Assembly: GCA_002269645.1 (NCBI GenBank)
Contig: NIVC01000037.1
Span: 248,001 to 312,000 of the forward strand
Direction: 5' to 3'
Length of the DNA stretch: 64,000 bases
Origin: Macrostomum lignano
Lineage: Eukaryota
The notes under the pieces were generated by a model that was not told where the DNA came from, made no database searches, and was given only the letters and a program-made list of their open reading frames with translations. This document shows positions 13,027 to 24,000 of the stretch, piece by piece. Position numbers and translations under genes: made by a program. The first letter of the stretch is position 1. Every line of letters begins with the position of its first letter.

Positions 13027-13543
13027 TGTCAGAACCCGAGGGGAAATACATTCATTCACTGTGCTTCATTCCCGTTCATTCAAGCAGTTCTCAGGTCAAG
13101 CGCCGAGAACAGAAGGGGCAGGGGTGAAGGGAGAGACCGCACAGCAGGCAATGACTTATATTTTATGTGGCCGGTCCCTGTGCACACGCGGTACACACGG
13201 GAGGAACTGGGGCGGTCCAGGCCAGGGGAGGATAGAGCTATGGGGAGAGGTAGTTCTCTGTAGTCTACTGTGCTGGCGTGGCTTAGGAAAGGCGGGCGGC
13301 TGACTCACCTATGGGATGGGCTTTGACTATGCAGGAAGCAAACGGGGGAAGGCAGCTTGCTGCTAAAAATAGTAACAAAAATCTTCCCCAGGCGAGGCCG
13401 GACTAATCCCCCAGGTGCAAAGAGGAAGAGGGAATCGGGAAGTTGTGGTGTAGGTAGGAATTGATGTGTAGACACAAGGGGAAAAGGGAAAGGAGACGAG
13501 AGAGATGGGACAATGGGATCTAAAAGCTACACACGTCGTTACA
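13027..13543. mobile_element. Possible solo LTR
   Basis: A ~520-bp compositionally distinct block starting tgtcagaac and ending cgttaca (TG...CA). No TSD recognised. Confidence 0.25.
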
Positions 13544-13789
13544 ACTCGTATTGTGGACAGATAGTGCAGCCTACCTGAATCTTTTCAGTGCAGAGCTTGG
13601 GGCGGTGGCTCCGGTTACCGTAGTGTAGTGGGCGGTGGCGCTCACGCATGCTCTTAATATGCTCACTTATAACCATATGGGTCACGCCCCCCCCCAAAGC
13701 TGGCAATAATTATATGGCACCCTTGGTGCTGGCTAACATATGATATGATCAAATGAATGACGAGCTTTGAAGCTGCCAAACTGTAAATC

Positions 13790-14195
13790 CCATTGCGCGC
13801 ATGTGTCAGTGTGTGTCAATCAATCTGCGCGAATGTGTCAGTGCGTGTCAATCAATCTGCGCGCATGTGTCAGTGCGTGTCAATCAATCTGCGCGCATGT
13901 GTCAGCGCGTGTCAATCAATCTGCGCGCATGTGTCAGCGCGTGTCAATCAATCTGCGCGCATGTGTCAGCGCGTGTCAATCAATCTGCGCGCATGTGTCA
14001 GCGCGTGTCAATCAATCTGCGCGCATGTGTCAGCGCGTGTCAATCAATCTGCGCGCATGTGTCAGCGCGTGTCAATCAATCTGCGCGCATGTGTCAGTGT
14101 GTGTCAATCAATCTGCGCGCATGTGTCAGCGCGTGTCAATCAATCTGCGCGCATGTGTCAGTGCGTGTCAATCAATCTGCGCGCATGTGTCAGCG
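13790..14195. repeat. 32-bp minisatellite (gtcaatcaatctgcgcgcatgtgtcagcgcgt)
   Basis: About 12 near-identical units. Confidence 0.95.
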
Positions 14196-14749
14196 CCAAA
14201 ACACTGAACATAGATTTACATTAAAATGCCCGCTTTAAATCTGACATTTCAATTTTTCTGCATGCGGATTTTTTCATTGCAATCGAGAATAACAAGGATT
14301 TTAATTTCTTGATGGTCTCTGACGGTACGGGTAGGAGCCTTCGCGCCTCATATTTTATTTGAAATGATAGTTTTGCGTACACACAAAGCCAAGCTGTCAT
14401 GTGCTGTCATTCCATCATTAAACTCGCTTCATAAGAATATATATTTTTTTAGTTTACAGTCAATCATGATAATGCAGATACAGGTATATTTGACACATGA
14501 TTTCGCGTTTTTCTGCTCTTAAAATATTTATGTAAGGGCAAGGCGGGGGGCATTGGCAGACTTCCAATTTCCCCAGTATAGCTTGGCCAACCAGAACAAA
14601 TTACTTAATCGCTGAGCGAGAAAGCAGAAGACTCAGTGAGATCGCGCGTCAATCAAATGGTGGCATTTGATTGGCATCACTGGGATATTGCTAGGAGGGA
14701 TGCAAAACTCCCGTCACATTTGGCTCATGACAACAATTAAAAATTTAAT

Positions 14750-14750
14750 C

Positions 14751-14785
<35 letters not shown>

Positions 14786-14813
14786 AAACAACAACAGCAA
14801 CAAAAAAACAAAC

Positions 14814-14846
<33 letters not shown>

Positions 14847-14880
14847 GCACAACAACAACAACAACAATAACAACAACAAC
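14750..14880. repeat. (CAA)n microsatellite; a second tract lies at ~15130-15175
   Basis: Trinucleotide runs. Confidence 0.95.
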
Positions 14881-14884
14881 CCCC

Positions 14885-15129
14885 CTGGGATTTACTCCCA
14901 GCCTGCTGGGTAACCAGCAGGCCCTTTCCGGCGCCGCGTCTTTGTCGCGGGGGGGGAGGCAACGCCCGTTCTTCGGGCGGCGAAGAGCGCCGGGAATCGG
15001 TCACCGCTCCTGGCTCAGGGGCGGTGAGTGTGGCTCGGTCCGGCCCTCTGTGCTCAGCCTTTGTCGCTGGCTCTGTCAGCGGTAGGGGTTTGGTACCTGG
15101 TCCGGTTATTTCGAGCTCGGTCCGCAGTC

Positions 15130-15170
<41 letters not shown>

Positions 15171-15290
15171 AAACAATAAGATACGCAGTCCCGCATGCAA
15201 GGTTAGAGCAGGGCGCTTCTGATGGCGCGCCGCAGAGCCTGAGAGCGGACGAATTCCGCCCCGATGGCAGAGCGTCGCATAGCAGACAGT
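14885..15290. other. GC-rich, multi-hairpin island bracketed and interrupted by (CAA)n tracts (candidate structured RNA or retroelement end)
   Basis: Consecutive inverted repeats read directly: ctggga/tcccag, gcctgctgg-GTAA-ccagcaggc, tttccggcgc/gcgccgggaa, cgcccg/cgggcg, tcaccgctcctg/caggggcggtga, cgctggc/gtcagcg, gcgga/tccgc. Confidence 0.45.
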
Positions 15291-15499
15291 TAAAGTTAAA
15301 TCAAGGACGAACTAAGTAATAAATTAATAATCATAAAGTACTAAATTATGTCTAAGTAGTAATAGAGACGGCAGACATTGGCCCTAAATTTCTACTTAAA
15401 GTAAGGTGAATTGCCAAAGGACTCCAACACGTCAAATCTATAAAAAAATACACAGACCTGATTTGCATGCACTAAAGGTGTAGGGTGTGAAGAACCCAC

Positions 15500-16170
15500 C
15501 CTTAATTATCTGCTCCCAACCCACTCCTCCTTATCTGCACCCAACCCACCCCTCCTTTTCTGCACCCAACCCACCCCTCCTTTTCTGCACCCAACCCACC
15601 CCTCCTTTTCTGCACCCAACCCCCTGCTTTTCTGCACCCAACCCCCCTCCTTTTCTGCACCCAACCCCCTGCTTTTCTGCACCCAACCCCCCTCCTTTTC
15701 TGCACCCAACCCCCTGCTTTTCTGCACCCAACCCACCCCTCCTTTTCTGCACCCAACCCACCCCTCCTTTTCTGCACCCAACCCCCTGCTTTTCTGCACC
15801 CAACCCCCTGCTTTTCTGCACCCAACCCACCCCTCCTTTTCTGCACCCAACCCCCTGCTTTTCTGCACCCAACCCACCCCTCCTTTTCTGCACCCAACCC
15901 ACCCCTCCTTTTCTGCACCCAACCCCCTGCTTTTCTGCACCCAACCCCCCTCCTTTTCTGCACCCAACCCCCTGCTTTTCTGCACCCAACCCCCCTCCTT
16001 TTCTGCACCCAACCCCCTGCTTTTCTGCACCCAACCCCCTCCTTTTCTGCACCCAACCCCCTGCTTTTCTGCACCCAACACACCCCTCCTTTTCTGCACC
16101 CAACCCCCTGCTTTTCTGCGCCCAACCCCCTGCTTTTCTGCACCCAACCCCCTGCTTTTCTGCGCCCAAC
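15500..16170. repeat. ~21-25-bp C-rich minisatellite (ttttctgcacccaacccacccctcc)
   Basis: Tandem units of variable length. Confidence 0.95.
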
Positions 16171-16462
16171 CGAACCGCGACACTGAATGTAAATAAACTT
16201 TTTTGGCCTTGTGCCGCAGACACTAGTTCAATTTAAGCAAACTCAACCTAAGTCAAATATTCAACCAGCTCTTTATTATTGTCTCATTTTCTACAGTATA
16301 AGTTTGTGCAGGTTGCGTCACATCAAACGGTTTGGTGACGCAGGCAACTTTTGGAAAAGAACCATCTGTTTCAAAGTTTAGAAGGCCAGAAAGTTTTAAT
16401 TGATAGGCATTGTTATTTAGCCGGGCCAAATAACTGAAATTGTTCCGCCCTTGTTACTGCTG

Positions 16463-18990
16463 TCAGATGCACTTGAACATCATCTTCGATGTGGAAATCT
16501 GTGTCCAGGTGCCGAACAGGTGCACGTGATTAACGTTGTGCCGGTCGTCTGGCACCGGACTGTCGGCAAACAGGCCGTTGAGCAGGATGGAGAAGCAGGT
16601 GTTGAACCACCAGCCAGCACCGGCGTGCTGCCTGGAGCACAGGGTGCCGGCCGGGGAGCCGCCAGCGTCGAAGGTGCTAAACATGGCGTTGTTCTCGTTG
16701 ACCAGCGTCCTGCCGGGGTCCAGGCTGCCCGCGCTGTCCGGTCCCGTCACGTTCAGCCTGTAGCTGTCGTTTGCCGGCTGCACTTTAAAGCCGGACCATT
16801 CGCCCCACAGCGGCTGGCCCGACACGGTCAGCACTTCGATTCGGAGTCGGCAGTTTGCGTAGAACAGGCTGCCCACCGTGCGGGCGCTCAGCTGCTGCAG
16901 GCCTGCGGGACGGCCGGGGGACACCCTTTCGCAACGCATTCGGTGACATCGTCTCACAACCAGCGCTGACGTACGCAGGCACGCACTCATGCACTCTCGC
17001 TCACACAGGGTGTACGGCGGCCCCTGAATTTCTAATCGTTAGGCACAATCGTTCAATAGTCTGACCCTCATGGCTGTGAATCGCATACGACAACCCCCAG
17101 AGCCAATTTTCATGCACTCAAGCCCCAAATGCATGAGAACCACGGGGTCAGGGCGCGCGATTCAGACGCGTTCACCGCAAAGCCGCCCTGCTGCTCCCTA
17201 AGAGCACTCAAGCTGACGCACCCATCCAATAGTTGGAGTCCGCATTCCCGAATCCCCGGACGTAGGTGGCCCAGTTCTGCCGGAATGACAGGGAACTGTC
17301 TCGCCGCTGTTGGAAGACGGTCCAGGTCGGTCCGCAGGCCGTCGCCACGCCTGGCAAGGTGGTGAGCACGCGCACCGGCCTGTGGCCGAGCGAGACAAGC
17401 TTATCGGCCACTCCGCCTACAATGCTCAGCTGTAGGAAATCGGACAGAGCAGCCGGGTCGGCCACCAGAGTCCAGCGGATTTGCTCGCAGCGCTCCCAGC
17501 TCGGACAGAGTAGGCGGAGACGGGCGCCGCTGCCGGCTCCATCCGCCAGGCGGCAAGCCGCGCGCACGTCGCTGCCTTCGATCAGCGTCGCCTGGGTGCA
17601 GGGGGGGGGGAGGATGTGGACGGCTAGATAGCTGGATTCCCAGTGCGCAGCCTATAAATTTACTTGATCAATTGTTGCTTGAGTAACCAGCGGCGCCCCA
17701 AAGCGTGCGGATACTGCACGCAGGCACTCACGCTAACCCGGCATTTCCGGATCCGGCATTTCCCCGGCGTTGATCGACATGGCGATCGAACCGAAAGAGC
17801 TGGGTGGAATTTCCGGTAGCCCGCACTCATACACGCGCTCACACAGGGTGTACACAGCGGCCCTGACTTTCTAATCGTCTGGCATGTACACTCTGTGCCT
17901 TGGGGTTGGTCCTCATGGGTGCGAATCGCATGGCAACTCCCGGCCAATTTTAATTAGCACAACCTCAAATTACTGTGGCCGCACACAGCGCGAGAGTCGG
18001 ACGCGTTTACCGCTGAGTTTACTCTGCCTCGTTTCCACTCGATCACTGCCACCCACTATACCACCCACTACCACCCACTACCACCCACTACCACCCACTA
18101 ACACCCACTACCACTCACTACCACTCACTACCACCCACTAACACCCATACCACCCACTACTGCACTCACTACCACTCACTACCACCCACTACCACTCACT
18201 ACTACCCACTAACACCCACTACCACCCACTAACACCCACTACCACTCACTACCACCCACTAACACCCATACCACCCACTACCACTCACTACCACTCACTA
18301 CCACCCACTACCACTCACTACTACCCACTAACACCCACTACCACCCACTAACACCCACTACCACTCACTACCACTCACTACCACCCACTAACACCCACTA
18401 CCATCCACTACCACCCACTACCTCCCACTACCACCCACTACCACCCACTACCACTCACTACCACTCACTATCATTAATTAGGTTCGTTGCGCACCAGGTG
18501 AGAATGCTGTGTGCTTTTCGATCCTTGCTCTGGGGTGGACTTATTACGAGTATTACTTCCTTACGCTCTTATTACCTTCCTTGTTAAATATATGATTCGG
18601 ATGACTCTGACCTCGTGTTTGACCTAAGGTTAAAATAGAACAAACACCTCACCGAAATGCCCCCAGCTCCGTTGCGCATCAGCAAACGCTGCTCCAGCTC
18701 ACCTGGATGCGGAGCTCGCGCAGCACAAACGGCGTCGCACCGGGATGTCCGGCTGTTGAGTCAATCACCAGGGGCAGCGTCAGAGAGTAGCCGCCAGTCA
18801 GATAGTCATAGTAGATGGTTGCTAGGCAAGCCCCGTTGGATTCGAAGGCAACTAGAGGCTCAACAAATGTCTGCCCGGAGGCCAGCTGCATCAGCTGGAG
18901 GCTGGCGCCTCTGTACGGAAGGTTCAGCCGTGGAATCGCTTCCTCCGTGTGGCCGAATTTCGCGAACAGAGTGAAAACTATCAGGACTGC
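16463..18990 (-). CDS. Secreted fibrinogen-related domain (FReD) protein with an unrecognised N-terminal region; 5' partial
   Basis: Exons ~18703-18990, 17222-17591 and 16463-16902, phase-consistent. FBG motifs: WTVFQQRRDSSLSFRQNWATYVRGFG, YWMG|LQQL, MFSTFD, GAGWWFNTC, LNG. A signal-like stretch ALAVLIVFTLFAKFG is present, but there is no in-frame ATG before an upstream TGA. Confidence 0.8.
16965..17200 (-). mobile_element. Diverged SINE-core element in the FReD gene intron
   Basis: Shares core gcctaacgattagaaattcaggggccgccgtacaccctgtgtgag (read on minus strand) with the other copies; head is different. Confidence 0.6.
17700..18030 (-). mobile_element. Diverged SINE-core element with an internal insertion
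   Basis: Core gtgtacatgccagacgattagaaagtcagggccgctgtgtacaccctgtgtgag (minus strand), plus ~85 bp of extra sequence at ~17735-17820. Confidence 0.6.
18050..18470. repeat. ~10-bp minisatellite (ccacccacta/ccactcacta), FReD intron
   Basis: Tandem units. Confidence 0.9.
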
Positions 18991-19049
18991 GAGCGCTGAT
19001 GAGGATTTGAAATTTCAGGGCTGGGAGTAGTGGCTATGATTGATATCAA

Positions 19050-19895
19050 AATAAGATCAAAGAGTGGCGGTGTCAATCCAAGATCAAAGAGTGGCGGTAT
19101 CAAGCCAAGATCAAAGAGTGGCGGTATCAAGCCAAGATCAAAGAGTGGCGGTGTCAATCCAAGATCAAAGAGTGGCGGTATCAAGCCAAGATCAAAGAGT
19201 GGCGGTATCAAGCAAAGATCAAAGGGTGGCGGCAGCAAGCCAAGATCAAAGAGTGGCGGTATCAAACCAAGATCAAAGGGTGCAGGTGGTGTCAAGCCAA
19301 GATCAAAGAGTGGCGGTGTCAAGCCAAGATCAAAGAGTGGCGGTATCAAGCAAAGATCAAAGGGTGGCGGCAGCAAGCCAAGATCAAAGAGTGGCGGTAT
19401 CAAACCAAGATCAAAGGGTGCAGGTGGTGTCAAGCCAAGATCAAAGAGTGGCGGTGTCAAGCCAAGATCAAAGGGTGGCGGTATCAAGCCAAGATCAAAG
19501 GGTGGCGGTATCAAGCCAAGATCAAAGAATGGCGGTATCAAACCAAGATCAAAGAGTGGCGGTATCAAACCAAGATCAAAGAGTGGCGGTATCAAACCAA
19601 GATCAAAGAGTGGCGTTGTCAAGCCAAGATCAAAGAGTGGCGGTATCAAACCAAGATCAAAGAGTGGTGGTATCAAACCAAGATCAAAGAGTGGCGTTGT
19701 CAAGCCAAGATCAAAGAGTGGCGGTATCAAACCAAGATCAAAGAGTGGCGTTGTCAAGCCAAGATCAAAGAGTGGCTGTATCAAACCAAGATCAAAGAGT
19801 GGCGTTGTCAAGCCAAGATCAAAGAGTGGCGGTATCAAACCAAGATCAAAGAGTGGCTGTATCAAGCCAAGATCAAAGGGTGGCAGTATAAAGCC
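19050..19895. repeat. 27-bp minisatellite (aagccaagatcaaagagtggcggtatc)
   Basis: About 30 units; length variants are 30 bp. Confidence 0.95.
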
Positions 19896-20872
19896 AAGGT
19901 GCCCAGCCTGCAGAAGAACAACACAAATAATTATTACGAAGTTACAAGTTACCTGCTTTAAATTCTACCGCTCGAATGCGCCAAATATTTGTCATTAGCA
20001 GTTGGAAAAAAAAAACTAGAAAAGTTAGTTCTGTCAATAGCTGCAAATGAAATTCTTATGCTTATTAAATTTTCGTCTCGTCTCAGCCTCGTCCCGGAAT
20101 TTATGCAGAATTTAAATTACCTTCTCGTTGAATTATACGTACGCGTTCGTAATGCTAACTTGAACAAGCTTTACTGTACGTACTCGGGTGAGGGTACACC
20201 GTACTCCGTGCTCAATCTCTTCTCACCCAAGTAATTTTTCTATTCTCTAGACAATGTCCAACTGTAGGCCATCACATTGTCCGAGCGCATTGTGTTTAAA
20301 TTTAGCTTGTACCTAGCAAGTGTTTTTATTCGGCTATTTCGAGACTTTAGCATTGCGGATGGACTGTTTGTCAGTTTGCTGTTTACACACAGTATTATAG
20401 AATGAATAGAGCGAGAACTTTCTCAAAAGTTTACCAGCTGAGTGTGTAAATTTTGCGCAGCTAATTGCAAACTTTATAATTAAGAAGTAGTGTGCAATTT
20501 ATTCAGCGCATCAAAATTCAAGTGAGCTAAACAAAGCCTGCAAACTCATTTCTAAAACGATGATTTTCGGTATATTTTAAGCAAAAATATACCGCTTATA
20601 TTTTTTCCGTCAATCTCTTGGAATTAAAACCTTGCAGAACTACTTAAAGTAGCAATCATAAAGCGCGGATGCGCGACATCTGATTTTGGGCAGGTAATAG
20701 CAGGGACAAAGGAACACGCATATACTATAGTTGAAAACAAGTCTCGATTACAAAACTCAATCAAAAAACAAAAACAAGACATTTTTATATTCTTCATCTT
20801 ACCCTACTTCTCGTTAGTAGTATGTGAAAAGTTAAGCTCGATAAACTGCAGTGGAATTATACGATTAGCTGG

Positions 20873-20970
20873 TTAGTTTCCCATCACTTCCGGGCTTTCG
20901 CCAGCCGAGTTTGACGAATCCTCAGACACCTTTGAGGCTTCCTCCTCGTGTACAGAAGCCGCCACCTGCA

Positions 20971-21001
<31 letters not shown>

Positions 21002-24000
21002 CTGCTGTTTGTGCTTGTTATAGAAGGGCTGCAGAGAGAAGCTGTCAGGGAAAGGGGAGAAAATGGGCTAAAGTTAATACGAGTGTTTTTTTGATATTAA
21101 AAAAAATTTGAGACAGAATAAAAATGCATCCCTAAAACTCATTGGGTTTGAAAATAAATTTGCCACGGATTGTTCCAAGAAAAAAACAGAAGCCCTGCCT
21201 GCGTTCGTCGAAATCTGCTTGGAAACTGAAGCCTGCTCGAAGCAAATTAACTCTTTTTGGAAAGAAAATTTGGCGTCCCATAAAACCATAAAAAGGTAGG
21301 TAGGACAAAATGAAATCTGATATGTTTGAATTTTAACACCTTTAACGCAATTACGCGAAAAATTATACAAATACTAACAAAATATAATTTAATTAGAGAA
21401 AAATTTGGTGAAGAATTTTCAGCTTTACATTCATTCAGTTAATAGTTTAAACTCCAAGCCAAGTTGCAATCGAACAATCGGCAAAGCACTTTGATTGTCA
21501 ATTTCGAACAAGCATTTCAAGGCGCAAATCGTCGCAATCGAACGGGTGGATTTGAAAATTTAAATTATTGGCGGATTGGTAAAAGCTGACAAAATAAAAA
21601 CTAATAAAACCAAAAAATGTCTACTTCGCCTTTTAATTTAATTTGAACGATTTGAGCAAACTTATAAATTAAGCGAATAATTTCTGGGAGTGATTCGAAC
21701 AATTATGATCATAAATATGTTTTTTTCACAAAAATTAAGGAAGAAATTGGTACATAGTTTTATCTCTGATTTAAAATAATTACATACTTTATATTATGAT
21801 TTATGTAAGCCTATTTAAAACAAACGAATCCTACGACCTTCGATTGATTTGAATAAAAATGGTGAGAGCCAAACATTCAAACAACTTGCTAAATTTTGCA
21901 TACAATTCACTGGCCATGGGGATGGGCCATTAGCAGCAAAACAATAGCATGCAGGATAAGCAAACACAGAGTGTATTGTGTAGTATGAGCTAATTTCTTT
22001 GATTCATTTTATGCGCCATTTTAAAAGTGAAAAATCAAACAAGCAAACAAGCAATTTACATGGCCGATGTGCACGAATTTATAGGGCTTGTAATGTAATT
22101 TACGGTCCTATCGAATAATATGTGAAATTAAATTGAGCGTCATAGCGACGCTTTTTTGCACCGGAGTCTTAACACCGGAAATTTTTTATCGCCTTTACTA
22201 CTTCAAACATTTTTTGTTTAAGTCGTTAATAATTCTTTACCGTAAACTTTTTACGTCGTTGAAATTCAAAGAAAATATTTTTTAAAAATGATTTAAGATA
22301 GTTTTCTTACCACCAACCAACCTAATAATCGAAAAATTTATAAGGCTGAGTAACTGAGTTAAAAAACTTCAAACTTGTTTAAATGCTAGATTGATCTACT
22401 ATTTCAGCATATCTGCATTTTTTCTATGGCACCGTAAATTACCAATGACTTTATCTAAGTGATTGCTGAAGTGCATAAATTTACCTTTGCACTCGCCAGG
22501 ACGGATTTCTGTCAAAAGGGGGTTAAATTGAATGTTTGAAAGTTTACACTGGGCGCGCATGATTGTAGCAGAATGCTGCACCCAAGACAGTAGATGACGA
22601 TGATGAAAAAACGGTAAAAATTTGTGATGGTGACACGGTCGAAAAGTATTTTGAGTCTAGTATAAAATGACGTAAATTTTCAATATCGCTTAATTTTTGG
22701 AGGCCAATTTTCAGGAAAAAATACACCGCGGAGATTCGAAAAAGCTTTTTTCGTCACAAAATAAATGATTGCTTTTGATCTGGGACAGTGAAGATTACCA
22801 TTTATTTAATTCAGCATGTACAGCAGCATGATACTCTATTGTATTTCATGAGTATATAGTTGCGTAGTGAAAGTTTCATTTTCATATTGCTTTTTTATTT
22901 TATAAGCCAAAGTTGTAGATCCTCACAAGTGGCAATTACGAGCGTAACTTAAATTTTTAATGTGTTCCTTTTTTCTGTGCCTGCTAAATTACAAGAATGG
23001 TATAATAATCTGCACTACCCCAAATCAAGTGCAGTGATTTTGTGATTGAAAAAATGATTTTTCCAGGAAACTGCAGCCTCCAAAAATTGCACGATCTTTG
23101 ATTTTTGCGTCCAGTTATACTACAGTGGTCCAGTATCTCAACCTTATGAGTATCTAAAAAATTATTATGCATCGATAGTTCAATCGATCTGTGCCCGCTG
23201 TGTCCGAAATGTGCTTCGTGCGTTCACATCGTGCTCAACTCAGAACAGTAAAGTGTACTTGTAGGTCATAGCTGCGTGCGTGCAATTGAGAGAAACACGA
23301 ATTCACATGAGAATAACTTGCTTAAATAAGAATATTAGGCACATCGATGATGAGAAATGAGCAATGAGTCTAGCACCTGGACTTTGCCCACAGATACTAA
23401 AATAACCAGACGGGCCACCCAGGCATATGCTTAGTAAAAAGGCTTTCTACTTTCAGTTCAGTAGCAAAGAAGAATAAGCTATTTTATAAAAACAAAGGCA
23501 GCTGTAACGGTCTAGAAGCCCAGCTTGCAGGCGTAAACAACTTGCTAATTGGTTCAGCCATAATGTACATTAGCCAGTCCACTGGAATGTACATGGCAGC
23601 TTTAGGGTGGAAGTCCGAGAGAAAGGCAATAAAAATTTGGGCGGGGCCGGGGGTAGTGTGGAAAGGCTCGGTTGGAGGGTTTAAGCTGGGGCCGGGTAAA
23701 AGCCAATAAATGAGCCTTGGCTTTAAAAATACATTTAATGCTTCTGTTTAACTTACTACTGAACTGAAAGTAGCTTACACGCAAATGTGCTGATTGGCCC
23801 ATCTAGTAATTCTAGTATCCGTGACTTTGCCTTATCTCCTTGTACTTATATAGGTAGCTCAAATTGCTTGCCAGTAAGTACAGTGTCTGCATGGTTCCTA
23901 TTTCAAATTCTTGCTGATAATTCATAATTGTAGGATTCGAACTAGCTCACGGATGAATCGAAATGCTTTGAGACTAAAAAAATGATCAAGACAAATCCTC

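Noticed and set aside
14885-15290. Identification of the hairpin island as SRP, RNase P/MRP, telomerase RNA, rRNA fragment or hammerhead ribozyme
   Set aside because: By eye I found no diagnostic motif: no CUGANGA...GAAA core with a stem II, no CUAACCCUAA template and no SRP helix-8 motif. It is left unassigned.
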